Source: an uncultured Flavobacteriales bacterium
GTDB lineage: Bacteria; Bacteroidota; Bacteroidia; Flavobacteriales_D; Sanyastnellaceae
Reading direction: 5' to 3'
Length of the DNA stretch: 64,000 nucleotides
Assembly: GCA_943846755.1 (NCBI GenBank)
Contig: OX044365.1
Coordinates: 2,082,747-2,146,746 of the forward strand
The notes beneath the pieces were generated by a model. It was given only the letters and a program-made list of their open reading frames with translations. It did no database searches and was not told where the DNA came from. A program made the translations under genes and the position numbers. Shown here one piece after another: positions 19,501 through 30,097 of this stretch; the first letter of the stretch is position 1, and each line of letters begins with the position of its first letter.

Positions 19501-21037
19501 GAAGGAGGTGGAGAACGAGGACCGCGATGGCTTCGGCAACTTCGATGACGACGAGAAGCCCCCGTTGTACATCGACCCCATTTCTTTTGTGCTCAAGGCC
19601 ATGATGTCTGTGAAGAGCGTGAACATGAGTTACTCTCGGAACGAAGGGTTGCTGTTGCCGGGACTCTCAGTAGACCGCAAGGCGCGCTACGCCGGTTTTG
19701 ATGAAGCACTCGAGTCACCTGGACTTCCCTTCCTTGTGGGACACCAGAACACCGACCTTCAGGGAAATCGGACTGGAGATTTCGCATTGGATGCGGCTGA
19801 CCGAGGTTGGTTGTCTGCGAATCCCAACCAAAACCAAACGTATCAGGAGAACTACACAGCTACGCTCAATTTGCGCGCCCAGCTCGAGCCGATTGACGAT
19901 TTGAAAATTGACCTGGATGCGAGCAGGACCGAGAGCCGCAACCAACAGAGTTTCTTCCGGTTTGACGATGCGTTGGGCGACTGGCAATTCGAATCGCCCC
20001 AAGACGGGGGAAACTTTACCTCTACGATCATGACGTGGGGTACAGCCTTTGTGGAGGACGACGAGACGTTCGATAGCGAGACGTGGCGGAACTTCAAGTT
20101 GGCCAGGCTCGACATGAGTGAACGGCTCAATGCGTCGAGCTACAACCTGCCCGACAGCGAGCCTACGGGCTACTATTCCGGATGGGGCCCTACGAATGCA
20201 GCGGTGACCATTCCCGCATTCATCGCCGCATACACAGGCCAAGAATCGGACCAGGTGGCGCTGGACCCGTTCAAGACCAAGCTTGCTCCGAACTGGAGGG
20301 TGAGCTATGACGGGTTGTCAAAAGGAAACCTGTTCAAGAACCGGATAAAGCGCTTCACATTGAACCACAGTTACAGGTCCACGATGTCGACTTCTTACGT
20401 GACCAACCTGAGCTACGAGCAGAACGACATCGGTCTGCCCTCGACGGGCGACGTCGTCGGCAACTGGGTCAATGAGCGTCAATACAATCAGGTGACCATT
20501 TCCGAGCAAATGTCGCCCCTCATTGGTGTTGACATCACGCTGAAGGCGCGCGGCAAGAATGAGCCTCAGATCAAGGTGGAAATGCGGCGTGACCGGACCA
20601 TCAACTTCGGATTGACCAACAACCAGATCACTGAGACCAAGAGCAGCGCCCTTGTGATTGGAACCGGGTACCGCATCGCCAATGTGCCCAACCCGTTCTT
20701 GCGCACACGTGGCAAGCTTCCCATTCAGATGCTGAAGGAAACCGACGTGGTGCTGAGGCTCGACATTACCGTCAGGGACAATGCCACCATCATCCGAAAG
20801 TTGGATCCATTTGCCCCGACGGCAGGTGGTCCTGCAGGAGTGGACAACCGAGAGAACCAGGTGACTGCAGGTCAAAAAGTGGCCAGCATCAAATTCAGTG
20901 CAGACTTGGAGGTTTCGAGGAAATTGATCCTGCAGGCCTTCTTTGACGAGCAGCTGACCCGTCCCAAGGTGTCGACCAGCTTTGCTACAACCAACGTGAA
21001 AAGCGGCATTGCGCTGCGCTTCAATCTCACGCAATAA
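13544..21037 (+). CDS. sprA: T9SS translocon / cell-surface protein SprA (Sov family), about 2497 aa
   Basis: Size and sequence are typical of SprA. The track ORF starts at TTG 13529, overlapping the ruvA stop. I use the first ATG at 13544, which precedes the hydrophobic signal [22 protein letters not shown]. The exact start is uncertain. Confidence 0.95.
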   Translation: MTICNDVAIQAFRRPHLTWWGRCLGLLFVLGLMPLMTRAQSDSLELPLPHGEDLPNPVETPGGVSLDFPDVIDYGVDYDENSGQYVVRQRLGDTLDFRNPTFLTLDEFLEYNIDENLSEFWTEMQQEVDDEERGFAPKLTIDSELFETIFGSNEIEIKPQGSAELNFGVRYSRTENPRLAERDRAITTFDFDQRIQLSIDGSIGDKINLGTNYNTEATFDFENQMNIGFQGEEDDILKNIEAGNISMPLQSTLIQGSQSLFGTKLETQWGKVYNTTVFSQQKGERKEIEVEGGAQTQEFDIRADDYEANRHYFLSQYFRNEYDNALQSLPVVNSGARITRIEVYAVNTQANTQDVRNVLAFTDIGEHPDYISSDLPIADITNDPNIGINLNRAPNNGNNDIFFDMTGDPNVMGFSGAGAAIASYVGTDGSPIYDQGIHYERVGNARRLAPTEFTYNDRLGFISLRQSLNNAEVLAVAYEYTLNGETYQVGTLSQDGYAAPGALVLKMLKSSVTRVSLENGDVAPLWDLMMKNVYSLGAFGLSSEDFRIGVWYNDPSTGVDLNYIPRAPLEGELLIQVLGMDRIDINGQLQPDGVYDFVDNAATQGGTMNSQNGRVFLPSVEPFGKSLRDQIESRVSDPDLAQSLIQTIVFQPLYDSTKTAAQQIPSLNRFRIKGQYQSQVSSEIMLNALNIPEGSVTVTSGGARLIENQDYTVDYNLGRVRIINDGLLESGQPIRVSLESNSLFNIQTKTMIGTRFDYSPSQDLAMGATFLNLRERPLTQKVNIGDEPVNNTIMGADFTYSRSSQFLTDMIDKLPFIKASAPSNINLSAEAAYLIPGHSRAVGKEGNAYIDDFEGSQSAIDIRSWTQWSLASTPKLQPSLFPEADVEDSLLFNYNRARLNWYTIDPSFFGGGLQDGQVDLDVRSNHLMRLVENKEVFPNRQLPLGTPENLPTFDLSFDPTVRGPYNYVPAEGLGPVPGLNQDGSLQAPEERWGGIQRALLTTDFELSNVEYIQFWVMDPFNDDSPNDTGGELYMNLGSVSEDLLNDGQLAFENGLPSANQPAPVVESNWGVVADPSTFNVVNAFDNSTGDYSQQDVGLDGLNSEEEQAFFSDWLSGLQTALDPDAYAQIAQDPSADDFRYFRDPVAQANDENVLERYRFFNGYEGNSSTAQPSGYPIASTTLPNTEDLNEDLTLSSIESYFQYKVPLRPGELNEANIGRNYLSDVLVADKTMPNGDTRQVKWLQFKVPIRDFEARVGGISDFRSIRFMRIFMKGWRQPVTLRFARLELIRGEWRKFEESLAGPQEVEPDDPSDTQFAISAVNIEENGYRQPVNYVTPPGILREINVATANQAQLNEQSLQLEVCGLEDGDARAAYRNINFDMRMYKRLRMFVHAEAARLDEPLESDDLTCFIRLGSDFVDNYYEYEIPLQVTPWGTSEKTEIWPQANEIDLRFQDLQTLKVSRPVGYPLFQEYERLEGNVRFAVRGNPNLANVVTVMIGVRNSDKDTNPFAANDDGQEKCAIVWANELRLSEFNEEGGWAATAQLQATLSDLGNLSVAANMSTPGWGGLEQRVQERQRETVQGVDANTTLQLGKFLPDFLGVQLPLYLGYSETVSTPQFDPLSPDVEIADAGLSPSRQKKSQQINRIRSINFSNIKIDPQLGGREKNKDKKSKKDKEAETAKRLEGADEVTQQRELAAQRGAAGMASRGGGGNKSSGFFGFLDPGNLSANFAYTENYQRDINTEFNLRRNYRGGLRYDFTNRPKEVKPFAWMGRSKAIRWLTDFNFYTGLKQVSVNMSMDRTYEASRVRNNTAELLGIETGVLVSTQVLKQWNWNRDYVVKWDPTKSLRLDYNGRATALVGEPIGVIDRNNAESYAQYRDTVLTNIENFGEVTAYDHTVTASYKLPLDKFPLLDFTSADLRYKGTYRWDRAPFSQDSLGHTIQNSRDITLNAQASLKTLYDKVPFLKDINSGKRKREAMKKLEKKKKEVENEDRDGFGNFDDDEKPPLYIDPISFVLKAMMSVKSVNMSYSRNEGLLLPGLSVDRKARYAGFDEALESPGLPFLVGHQNTDLQGNRTGDFALDAADRGWLSANPNQNQTYQENYTATLNLRAQLEPIDDLKIDLDASRTESRNQQSFFRFDDALGDWQFESPQDGGNFTSTIMTWGTAFVEDDETFDSETWRNFKLARLDMSERLNASSYNLPDSEPTGYYSGWGPTNAAVTIPAFIAAYTGQESDQVALDPFKTKLAPNWRVSYDGLSKGNLFKNRIKRFTLNHSYRSTMSTSYVTNLSYEQNDIGLPSTGDVVGNWVNERQYNQVTISEQMSPLIGVDITLKARGKNEPQIKVEMRRDRTINFGLTNNQITETKSSALVIGTGYRIANVPNPFLRTRGKLPIQMLKETDVVLRLDITVRDNATIIRKLDPFAPTAGGPAGVDNRENQVTAGQKVASIKFSADLEVSRKLILQAFFDEQLTRPKVSTSFATTNVKSGIALRFNLTQ

Positions 21038-21075
21038 ATCCCGCAAGAGATGCGCGGCTGTTTTACATTGCGGCC

Positions 21076-21453
21076 ATGAACATCCCTCAGGAACTCCGCT
21101 ATTCCAAGGACCACGAATGGGTGCGCGTCGAGGGTGACGTGGCCACTGTGGGCATCACGGATTTTGCCCAATCAGAATTGGGCGACATCGTCTTTGTCGA
21201 AGTTGAAACCGAGGATGAAACCTTGGATGTGGACGCCGTTTTTGGAACGATTGAAGCCGTGAAAACGGTCAGCGATATGTTTATGCCCATCGCAGGAACG
21301 GTGATGGAGCTGAACGCCGAACTCGAAGACAATCCCGCCTTGATCAATGAGGATCCCTACGGCGCAGGTTGGGTCGTTAAGATCAAACTGCACGGGGAAC
21401 CTAACATGGGCCACTTGTTGACGGCCGAGGCTTATGCCGCGGAGGTCGGCTGA
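21076..21453 (+). CDS. gcvH: Glycine cleavage system protein H, 125 aa
   Basis: [24 protein letters not shown] and the lipoyl-lysine context [10 protein letters not shown]. Confidence 0.95.
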   Translation: MNIPQELRYSKDHEWVRVEGDVATVGITDFAQSELGDIVFVEVETEDETLDVDAVFGTIEAVKTVSDMFMPIAGTVMELNAELEDNPALINEDPYGAGWVVKIKLHGEPNMGHLLTAEAYAAEVG

Positions 21454-21865
21454 AACCCGAAGTCAAGCCCGATGGCGCCGCGCCTTTCCTACGGTTTGTT
21501 TGGGTTTGGCGGTGGTGGCTTTGCATGCCATGCCGGGTGGTGAATTGGGCGCACACGACTGGTGGATGAATTGGCGCTTGGACACCGTGTTGCATGCGGG
21601 ACTCTTCGCTGTTTTTGGAACTTCTGCCCTAATTGCGCTCCGAAAAGGTGGTGGTGCAGGTGCCGCTTGCCGCCATGCATGGTGGTGGGTCATCGCTGGA
21701 GGCATGATTTTGGCGGGAATTTTAGAAGCAGCCCAAGGGCTTGTATTCCCCGGTAGGGGCAGTGATCCTTGGGATTTGGCAGCAGATTTCTTGGGGCTGT
21801 GCATTTCCGGTTTCGCATTTCGGGCATTGTATTTGATGTGGCCTATTGGTAAGAAACCCCTTTGA
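21434..21865 (+). CDS. VanZ-like membrane protein, 143 aa
   Basis: Several hydrophobic helices and a C-terminal [16 protein letters not shown] motif reminiscent of VanZ. Overlaps the gcvH 3' end by 20 nt, so the start is uncertain. Confidence 0.6.
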   Translation: MPRRSAETRSQARWRRAFPTVCLGLAVVALHAMPGGELGAHDWWMNWRLDTVLHAGLFAVFGTSALIALRKGGGAGAACRHAWWWVIAGGMILAGILEAAQGLVFPGRGSDPWDLAADFLGLCISGFAFRALYLMWPIGKKPL

Positions 21866-21910
21866 TTAATTTGGCCCTTCGAAAAGCAAGGCCCAGCAAC
21901 ACCTCCTTTC

Positions 21911-22618
21911 ATGCAGCCACGCAAGACACCACAAGCTGATCTCGAAAACAAACGGGGGACCTGGAGGTCCATCGGATTTGTTTCGGTGCTCTCTCTGCTC
22001 CTCGCCGCTCTGGCATGGACCAGCTACGATGTAAACATCATTCGGGCCCTCGATTTTGAGGTCGACCTCCTCGAGGACGAGGTCATCCCAGTGAATGTGA
22101 TTCCCCCTCCCCCTCCACCACCACCTCCGCAACAGACGACGGTGATTGAAATCGTGGATGACGAAGAAGAAATCGAAGAGGAGCTTGTCATTGAGGACAT
22201 CGAAATCGACGAGGACACTGAAATCGAGATCATCGAGGTCGAAGAAGAGGAAGTGGAAGAAGAAGACATTCCCTTCATGATTGTAGAGGACATGCCTGGC
22301 TTTGGCCCTTGCAAAAGCAAGACGGGCACCGAGCGTGACCAATGCACCCAGTTGGAGATCATCAAATACGTGAGCTCCAACACCAAGTACCCTCCCATCG
22401 CCAAAGATGCGGGAATCCAGGGTACGGTTTTCGTCTACTTTGTTGTAGGAAAGGACGGCAAGGTGAGAGAGGGCAGGGTGCTTCGCCCGGTGGACCCTCG
22501 ACTGGATGCTGAAGCCCTTCGCGTGGTGAGTTCGCTGCCGGACTTTGAGCCTGGACGACAGCAGGGCAAGCCGGTGAGTGTTCAGTACACCATCCCAGTA
22601 AAGTTCATCATCCGTTGA
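21911..22618 (+). CDS. Energy transducer TonB family protein, 235 aa
   Basis: N-terminal anchor, then a PPPPPPPPPQQ stretch, a strongly acidic E/I/D linker, and a C-terminal TonB domain (YPPIAKDAGIQGTVFVYFVVGKDGKV...PGRQQGKPVSVQYTIPVKF). Confidence 0.85.
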   Translation: MQPRKTPQADLENKRGTWRSIGFVSVLSLLLAALAWTSYDVNIIRALDFEVDLLEDEVIPVNVIPPPPPPPPPQQTTVIEIVDDEEEIEEELVIEDIEIDEDTEIEIIEVEEEEVEEEDIPFMIVEDMPGFGPCKSKTGTERDQCTQLEIIKYVSSNTKYPPIAKDAGIQGTVFVYFVVGKDGKVREGRVLRPVDPRLDAEALRVVSSLPDFEPGRQQGKPVSVQYTIPVKFIIR

Positions 22619-22624
22619 TGGGAC

Positions 22625-23185
22625 TTACCCGTTAAACCAACCCATAATGGCCATCGCGAGATAGATGGCGTAGAGCGCGGCCCCCATTGGAAGGCCGCGC
22701 TTTGCGTAGAGGTAAACGGCGGCAGCATCGATGGCGATCCAGTAAGCCCAGTTGGCATGGTGGTTGTTGACCATCAACCAAGTGGCCCAAAGGCTGAACA
22801 CTGTGGTAAAGGCGTCCCAGCCTGGCAATGCACTTGTGGTGCGCTTGCGCAAAATGCGGGCGAGCAACAAGGTGAACAGTGCCGCAGTTGCAGTGGCGGT
22901 TAAATGAAACCCTGCGGTGGCTTCTTGTGGGGTCCAATCTTGTGGGCTTCCAGACAGCCAAGCGCCGTAGAACGCAAAGGCGACATAGAACCCTTGCAAG
23001 GCCGCTTCGGCCTGGATGTTGCGCTGCCAACACAGCCATGCGAGCAGGCCTGACCCAAGGGCTGCTGGAACAAAGCACCACGGTGTCCATCCTTGGATAT
23101 AGCCCCACGTATATGCAAGGCTGAGCAAAACGGCCGCTGCTTCCATCCAGCGCTGCTTGGTGTTGGAAGGGTTCACAATGGGCAA
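22625..23185 (-). CDS. pnuC: Nicotinamide riboside transporter PnuC family, 186 aa
   Basis: Polytopic membrane protein with W-rich helices typical of PnuC. Directly downstream of a NadR-type kinase gene. TTG start in the track. Confidence 0.8.
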   Translation of the reverse strand: MPIVNPSNTKQRWMEAAAVLLSLAYTWGYIQGWTPWCFVPAALGSGLLAWLCWQRNIQAEAALQGFYVAFAFYGAWLSGSPQDWTPQEATAGFHLTATATAALFTLLLARILRKRTTSALPGWDAFTTVFSLWATWLMVNNHHANWAYWIAIDAAAVYLYAKRGLPMGAALYAIYLAMAIMGWFNG

Positions 23186-23715
23186 TGTTTGTGAATGAAG
23201 TCCAGGGCCTGTTGAAGTCGCCCGGAAGGTTCCTCAGGTGGGAGCTCGGAAAAGGGAAGCTCCATGCGGATGAGCCTCTTGCGGTAGGCGCCTTCGAGGT
23301 TCACCCGGTCTGCGTAAACGGGCATGTTGCGGAGTGGATCAGGCTCCCATCTAGGCAGGGTTTGACACAGCAGATGGAGTTGGGCCTGCTTCATGGCGAA
23401 TTCGGCTCCTTCTAGGCCTTTTCCAAAGGCATGTTGTGACCACATGTCGAGCACCAATCCACCGGTGTCGCATAGAATCCCTTTCTCGGCGGTGGACAGG
23501 AGCTTCACCAGGCTGTGGTTGAATTGCTCCAGCATCTGCTGAAGGTGCGTCTGGTCTGCGTTTCCCTCGAGTACGCGCTTGTCGGTTCGTGCCGCCTCTG
23601 GAATCAAGTCCCACTGCAAGGCTGCCGCCAAACCTTCTGAAAGGGTTGTTTTGCCGGCGTTTTCAACCCCTGTTAAAATGACCACGGGAACGCGGTTCAG
23701 TCGTTGAATTGACAT
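23173..23715 (-). CDS. P-loop ATPase, NadR-type ribosylnicotinamide kinase-like domain protein, 180 aa
   Basis: Walker A motif ILTGVENAGKTT. Stand-alone kinase-like domain paired with pnuC. ATG at 23715 (the track starts at TTG 23721). Confidence 0.65.
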   Translation of the reverse strand: MSIQRLNRVPVVILTGVENAGKTTLSEGLAAALQWDLIPEAARTDKRVLEGNADQTHLQQMLEQFNHSLVKLLSTAEKGILCDTGGLVLDMWSQHAFGKGLEGAEFAMKQAQLHLLCQTLPRWEPDPLRNMPVYADRVNLEGAYRKRLIRMELPFSELPPEEPSGRLQQALDFIHKHCPL

Positions 23716-24317
23716 TGGCAAGGGGGACTAAATGACAACCGCCGGCCCGGCAACAGTTCTCTTACCCAGATTTGCTCATCCACCGACATTTCGTTGTTGA
23801 GCAGGTCGAGCTCTTCCAAAAATGCGAGGTGGCTTAAGGAGGGGGGGAAATGGCCGATGACATTCGACCAGAGCAACAACCTCTCAAGCTTTACCAAGGC
23901 GTCAATGTCCTCAGGAATCCCTTCGATTTCGTTGTCGGAGAGGTCCAACTCCCTCAAGTTGGAGAGGTTCAGCAAGCCTTGTGGAATGTTGGTGAGTTTG
24001 TTGCCGCGTATGCTGAGCCTTTCCAAATGCTCAAACTCCCCAATCCAAGGAGGCAGGCTGTCGATTTTGTTTTTGTCGAGGACGATTTCTCTCAACTGCC
24101 GGAACCTTCTCAGCCTCACATCAACGTCTTTCCACTTGCGTTTTGTAAGGTGCAGGCGCCACACCTGTTCAGGGCGTTGAAGTGCCGCATCGTAGTCCGT
24201 CCAAACCTTTGCTGTATCCCAGGGGACACTGGACTGCGCCGACACATGGTAAGGCCCAAGGCACATGGACAGCACGGTGAGTGCCATGCCCAAAGAGGGG
24301 GCCAAGAGCCTGTTCAT
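23697..24317 (-). CDS. Leucine-rich repeat protein with signal peptide, 206 aa
   Basis: Track ORF trimmed to ATG 24317 (MNRLLAPSLGMALTVLSMCLGPYHVSAQ). Repeats of the LxxLxLxxNxL type (LERLSIRGNKLTNIP, LRELDLSDNEIEGIP, LERLLLWSNVIGHFP). Confidence 0.8.
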   Translation of the reverse strand: MNRLLAPSLGMALTVLSMCLGPYHVSAQSSVPWDTAKVWTDYDAALQRPEQVWRLHLTKRKWKDVDVRLRRFRQLREIVLDKNKIDSLPPWIGEFEHLERLSIRGNKLTNIPQGLLNLSNLRELDLSDNEIEGIPEDIDALVKLERLLLWSNVIGHFPPSLSHLAFLEELDLLNNEMSVDEQIWVRELLPGRRLSFSPPCQCQFND

Positions 24318-24324
24318 GTTGTGA

Positions 24325-25320
24325 TTAACGCAGGCCATGGCTTCCTTCTTGTCCCAAGATGCGCTGGGCGTTTTCCGCATCGGATTTGAGCTGGCCTATG
24401 AGGGCCTGTGGGCCGTCAAACTTTTGGATGTCCCGCATGCGCTCTACAAACACCACCTCTAGCTCTGTACCGTAAAGGTTGGGGCTCTCAGCAGTAAACA
24501 AGTGCACTTCCACAGTGGGTTTGCCGGTGGGGCTGTCAAAGGTTGGACGGGGCCCAATGTTGACCATGCCACCCCAAGTTTGTGGCGCCGGGGCATTGTT
24601 TTCCGAGCGCTCTTCATCGGAGACCAGCGCCACTTTCGCTGCATACACGCCCTCTGCAGGAAGGAGCTGGTGAGGTTCTGTGGCGGCGAGGTTGGCGGTT
24701 CTGAATCCCAACGTTCGTCCCCTTCCGTCTCCGGCCACGACTTCTCCACGCCAAGCGTGCCGGCGACCGAGCAAGGCATGGGCTGCGGTCAGGTCTCCAT
24801 CGCGCAGCCTCTGCCGGACTTTGGTGCTGGATACTGTGAGTTCGCCTTCGATGTGGGCGGGAATGTGCTGCACGTTGAAACCAAAAGTCTCGCCGCAGGC
24901 CCGAAGCAGTTCCACATCGCCTTCGCGGCCTGCGCCGAAACGGTGGTCATGTCCCACTACAATGGTGGTGGTGCCAAGGCCTTCCACCAAAACGTCACGG
25001 ACAAACTCTTCGGGCTTGAGCCTCGAAAACGCACGGTCGAAGGGTTGAATGACAAGGTGGTCAAGCCCGGTTTGAGCCAAACAAGCTGCACGTTGGCCCA
25101 TGGATTGAATCAATTCGAGTCCGCTGGCATCGCCGAACAGCACTTGGCGCGGGTGGGGGTCGAACGTCAGAACGACGGTTTCGGATTCTTCCTCTCGGGC
25201 TTTTTGTACCATCCAATCGAGCAGCGCTCTGTGGCCCAGGTGCACGCCGTCGAAGGTGCCTGTGGTCACAATGCGCCGTTGGCCGGGCGGAAAGTGGGGA
25301 AGTCCTCGGTGAATGCGCAC
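24325..25320 (-). CDS. ribF: Bifunctional riboflavin kinase / FMN adenylyltransferase, 331 aa
   Basis: GTFDGVHLGHRAL near the N-terminus, and the kinase domain ...GRTLGFRTANL...GVYA...NIGPRPTF. I start at GTG 25320 (VRIHRGL...), not at the 55-codon-longer track start 25485, which would run into the atpD promoter region. Confidence 0.9.
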   Translation of the reverse strand: MRIHRGLPHFPPGQRRIVTTGTFDGVHLGHRALLDWMVQKAREEESETVVLTFDPHPRQVLFGDASGLELIQSMGQRAACLAQTGLDHLVIQPFDRAFSRLKPEEFVRDVLVEGLGTTTIVVGHDHRFGAGREGDVELLRACGETFGFNVQHIPAHIEGELTVSSTKVRQRLRDGDLTAAHALLGRRHAWRGEVVAGDGRGRTLGFRTANLAATEPHQLLPAEGVYAAKVALVSDEERSENNAPAPQTWGGMVNIGPRPTFDSPTGKPTVEVHLFTAESPNLYGTELEVVFVERMRDIQKFDGPQALIGQLKSDAENAQRILGQEGSHGLR

Positions 25321-25406
25321 TGCTGCTAAGTTAGGATGGTCAAGCGAGGGTGCGTCCAAAAGGGTGCTTTTTGGCGCGAATTCACAGGCGTTGAAAACTC
25401 GTTTAG

Positions 25407-27025
<1,619 letters not shown>

Positions 27026-27026
<1 letters not shown>

Positions 27027-27259
27027 TGAAGGTTGAAATTCTCACTCCTGACGCCATTTTGTTTGACGGGGATGCACGCCATGTGTATCTCCCCGGTTCA
27101 GATGGTGCTTTGGGGGTTCTTGACCGCCATGCGGCCATGATCACCACCTTGACAAAGGGCACCGTGAAAGTGGACACTGCAGATGGCGAGCAGGCTTTTG
27201 ACTTGAATGGCGGAACAGTCGAGGTGTTGGACAACAAGGTCCTCATCCTCGCAAGCTGA
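27026..27259 (+). CDS. atpC: F0F1 ATP synthase subunit epsilon (short form), 77 aa
   Basis: Immediately follows atpD with a TGATG overlap. Only the beta-sandwich domain is present, as in the short Bacteroidota form. Confidence 0.9.
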
Positions 27260-27265
27260 CCTTTT

Positions 27266-27742
27266 TTATTCGTGGTGGTAAGGCTCTCCTTTGAGGATGG
27301 TCTGTGCCCGATACAGTTGCTCAACGGCCAAGAGCCGAATCATCTGGTGGCTAAAAGTCAATGCGCTGAGCGCCAGCTTTTCGTTGGCCTTTGATTTGAC
27401 TTCAGGGGCAAATCCGTAGGCTCCTCCAATGACCAATGCGAGGTGCCGTATTCCCCTGTGGTGACGCACTTCCATCCATTGAGCCAGCTCAATGCTGCGG
27501 GGTTGTTTCCCGTGTTCGTCTAGAAGAACGACGTGGTCTGCTCCGTCAAGGGCCTTCAAAAGAATGGGCGCTTCTGCCTGTTTTAGCTGGTCAGGCGTGG
27601 GCTTAGAAGTCCTGAGTTTGGCGTCTGGAAGTTCCGTGTATTGGAAGGGGGCATACCGGGAAAGGCGTTTGACGTATTCGTCGATGCCTTGCCGCAACCA
27701 CGGAGCAGAAGTCTTGCCGATGACGATCAAGGAAATGCGCAT
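27266..27742 (-). CDS. rlmH: 23S rRNA (pseudouridine1915-N3)-methyltransferase RlmH, 158 aa
   Basis: SPOUT-family pattern: MRISLIVIGKT...VIGGAYGF...LSALTFSHQMIRLLAVEQLYRA. Confidence 0.93.
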   Translation of the reverse strand: MRISLIVIGKTSAPWLRQGIDEYVKRLSRYAPFQYTELPDAKLRTSKPTPDQLKQAEAPILLKALDGADHVVLLDEHGKQPRSIELAQWMEVRHHRGIRHLALVIGGAYGFAPEVKSKANEKLALSALTFSHQMIRLLAVEQLYRAQTILKGEPYHHE

Positions 27743-27765
27743 GTCCGAAGGTCTGTCGAATTAAC

Positions 27766-28689
27766 TTGCCGTCCATATCTGAAGGACCCGTGTTGAACGA
27801 ATATATGCCCACGTCAGAGGAACAAATGGATGCCGCCATAGCCATGGCTTGGCAGGAAGACATTGGCTCAGGCGATGTGACCTCGGCCGCGTGCATCCCA
27901 TCTGAAGCCAGGGAGAAGGCCGGGTTCTTGATCAAAGGGACCGGTGTGATTGCTGGTCTTGAGGTGGCAAAAAGGGTCTTCGCTTATGGTGCGCCAGAGG
28001 TCGATTTCAGCACGGTGGCTTCAGACGGAGACCATGTAGAACCTGGCGACATTGTGGCTTGGGCATTTGGCCCAGCACGACAGATTCTGACAGCGGAAAG
28101 GCTGGCGTTGAATTTCATGCAGCGAATGAGCGGCATTGCCACGGGCACGCGCCGGGTGGTGGCCTTGTTACAGGGGACAGGTACGCGTGTGCTGGATACG
28201 CGCAAGACCACGCCGGGCCTTCGGGTTTTTGAGAAGGCCGCGGTGCAGATCGGGGGTGGAGTGAACCACAGGATGGGGCTGTACGATCAGATATTGATCA
28301 AAGACAACCATGTCGACTATGCGGGCAGCATGAGCGCAGCGGTGCAAGGCGCCTTGGATCATTTGAAGACGGAGGGCCGAAAGGTTCCCGTGGTGGTGGA
28401 GGTCCGCAACCTTGATGAATTGAAGGAGGCCCTGACTGTTGGTGGTGTAGACCGGTTGTTGCTGGACAATTTCACCCCCTCGCAAGCAGCGGCAGCGGTT
28501 GACTTTGTTGGGGGCCGGGTCCAGACCGAGGCCAGTGGGGGTCTCAATCCCGAAAATGTGCGCGCCTATGGCGAGGCGGGAGTGGATTTTGTGTCTCTGG
28601 GCTGGTTGACCCACAGTCCCATGCCGTTGGACATCAGCCTGAAGAGCGCGGCTTCTTTGGAGGGCTCAAACCCCAAACACCATGGGTGA
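27766..28689 (+). CDS. nadC: Nicotinate-nucleotide diphosphorylase (carboxylating), 294-307 aa
   Basis: AERLALNFMQRMSGIATGTRR...VLDTRKTTPGLRVFEKAAVQIGGGVNHRMGLYD. The alternative ATG at 27805 would leave a more realistic 62-nt divergent promoter region. Confidence 0.92.
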   Translation: MPSISEGPVLNEYMPTSEEQMDAAIAMAWQEDIGSGDVTSAACIPSEAREKAGFLIKGTGVIAGLEVAKRVFAYGAPEVDFSTVASDGDHVEPGDIVAWAFGPARQILTAERLALNFMQRMSGIATGTRRVVALLQGTGTRVLDTRKTTPGLRVFEKAAVQIGGGVNHRMGLYDQILIKDNHVDYAGSMSAAVQGALDHLKTEGRKVPVVVEVRNLDELKEALTVGGVDRLLLDNFTPSQAAAAVDFVGGRVQTEASGGLNPENVRAYGEAGVDFVSLGWLTHSPMPLDISLKSAASLEGSNPKHHG

Positions 28690-29656
28690 GCAATCGTGGG
28701 AGCGTTGGATGCGGAGTACGCCTTTGAGAAGGTTGCTCATAGGGCCGTTGGAACGGCTGCACCCTTGGGGCTTTCAGGGCATGAGTGCTTGGGATGTCTT
28801 TCGGTTCTTTGTGGTGGGTGTGGCCGAAGGGGCATTGGGTATACGTGCTGCAGCCATTGCCTTTCAGGTGTTCTTGTCGATTTTCCCTGTCATCTTGGTG
28901 CTGTTGAGTTTGTTGCCATTGGTGCCAGTAGCAGACTTTCAGGACAGTTTGTTTGAGGCGCTGCGAAACTATTTCCCAGGGGATACTTTTTTGCTGGTGG
29001 AAAGCACGGTTGCCGACCTGCTGGAGACGGGTGTGCACCCCGAGATCGCCAGCCTAGGATTTGTGCTGATGCTCTTTTACGCTTCCAGTTCCATCAATGG
29101 CATTTTATCGGGACTCAATGAAGCCCACCATTTGGAGCGCAAGGGAAACTGGCTGCTGCTCCGGGCCATGTCCTTGGTATTGATGGTCGTCTTTTCCTTG
29201 TTTTTGATTGTGGCCGTCCTTTTGATTGTGTTTTCGGGAACCGTATTGGATTGGCTCACAGGTCATGGACTGCTGGCCTTGGAGGATTTGCCACTCATCC
29301 AGGCGGTTCGATGGCTCGTCACACTGGCGTTGCTGTTTACCACGATAACGGCCCTGTACAACGCGGCTGACTTTTCGAAGGACCGGTGGAGGTTCATCAC
29401 CCCCGGTGCCGTCGCCACCACCGCCCTCATTGTTTTGACGTCCATTGCCTTTGCGTGGTTCGCCACCTCGTTGTCGGGCTACAACCGGCTCTATGGTTCC
29501 TTGGGAACGTTGCTGCTGTTGCTCGTTTGGCTAAATGTGAATTGCTTCTTGCTCATCATCGGTTTTGATCTGAATACAGCCCTGAACAAGGCGCGAAGGG
29601 GCGTTTCTGGAAACAGGGATTCAAGCGATGGTCCTTCTTTGTCTACCACCGATTAA
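28682..29656 (+). CDS. YihY/BrkB-family membrane protein, 324 aa
   Basis: Motif AAAIAFQVFLSIFP followed by about six hydrophobic helices, as in the YihY family. Confidence 0.85.
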   Translation: MGEQSWERWMRSTPLRRLLIGPLERLHPWGFQGMSAWDVFRFFVVGVAEGALGIRAAAIAFQVFLSIFPVILVLLSLLPLVPVADFQDSLFEALRNYFPGDTFLLVESTVADLLETGVHPEIASLGFVLMLFYASSSINGILSGLNEAHHLERKGNWLLLRAMSLVLMVVFSLFLIVAVLLIVFSGTVLDWLTGHGLLALEDLPLIQAVRWLVTLALLFTTITALYNAADFSKDRWRFITPGAVATTALIVLTSIAFAWFATSLSGYNRLYGSLGTLLLLLVWLNVNCFLLIIGFDLNTALNKARRGVSGNRDSSDGPSLSTTD

Positions 29657-29665
29657 TTTGGCCCC

Positions 29666-30097
29666 ATGCAACGAATTCTCTTGACCCTCGCACTGTTTTG
29701 TGCTGCCTCTTGTCTCTCGGCCCAGTCCTTGGTCGGCAAATGGAAAACCATTGACGATGACAATGCTGGACGCGTCAAGAGTATCGTTGAAATCACGCAG
29801 GAAGGCGGTCAGTATTTTGGAACCGTAGTGGAATTGTTTCGCTTGCCAGATGAGGACCAGGACCCGCATTGCGAAAAATGCAGCGATGACCGCAAGGACA
29901 AGCGTGTCTTGGGTATGCAGATTGTCCGCGGCATGGAAGCCGGAGATGGAGAGTGGAGCGAGGGCTCTATCTGCGACCCTAAAAACGGCCGCGTTTACGA
30001 TTGTAAAATGTGGTTTGAAGAGGGAGAGCCCGATGTTCTCAAAGTCCGTGGATACTGGGGGTTTGTATACCGCACCCAGGAGTGGCTTCGCCAGTAA
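29666..30097 (+). CDS. DUF2147 domain protein with signal peptide, 143 aa
   Basis: LVGKWKTIDDD...G...VEI...G.YFG.V... and DPKNGRVYDCKMW...LKVRGYWGF match the DUF2147 pattern (by eye). Confidence 0.85.
   Translation: MQRILLTLALFCAASCLSAQSLVGKWKTIDDDNAGRVKSIVEITQEGGQYFGTVVELFRLPDEDQDPHCEKCSDDRKDKRVLGMQIVRGMEAGDGEWSEGSICDPKNGRVYDCKMWFEEGEPDVLKVRGYWGFVYRTQEWLRQ

Noticed and set aside
21864-21877. 14-nt exact repeat GATTAATTTGGCCC, also at 29651..29664; both copies overlap a stop codon just before the next gene
   Set aside because: By my rough estimate several 14-mer coincidences are expected by chance in 64 kb. The similarity does not extend beyond 14 nt. It may simply reflect a -7-like TAATTTG element.
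24502-25329. 275-aa plus-strand ORF
   Set aside because: Antisense to ribF, which has clear family motifs.
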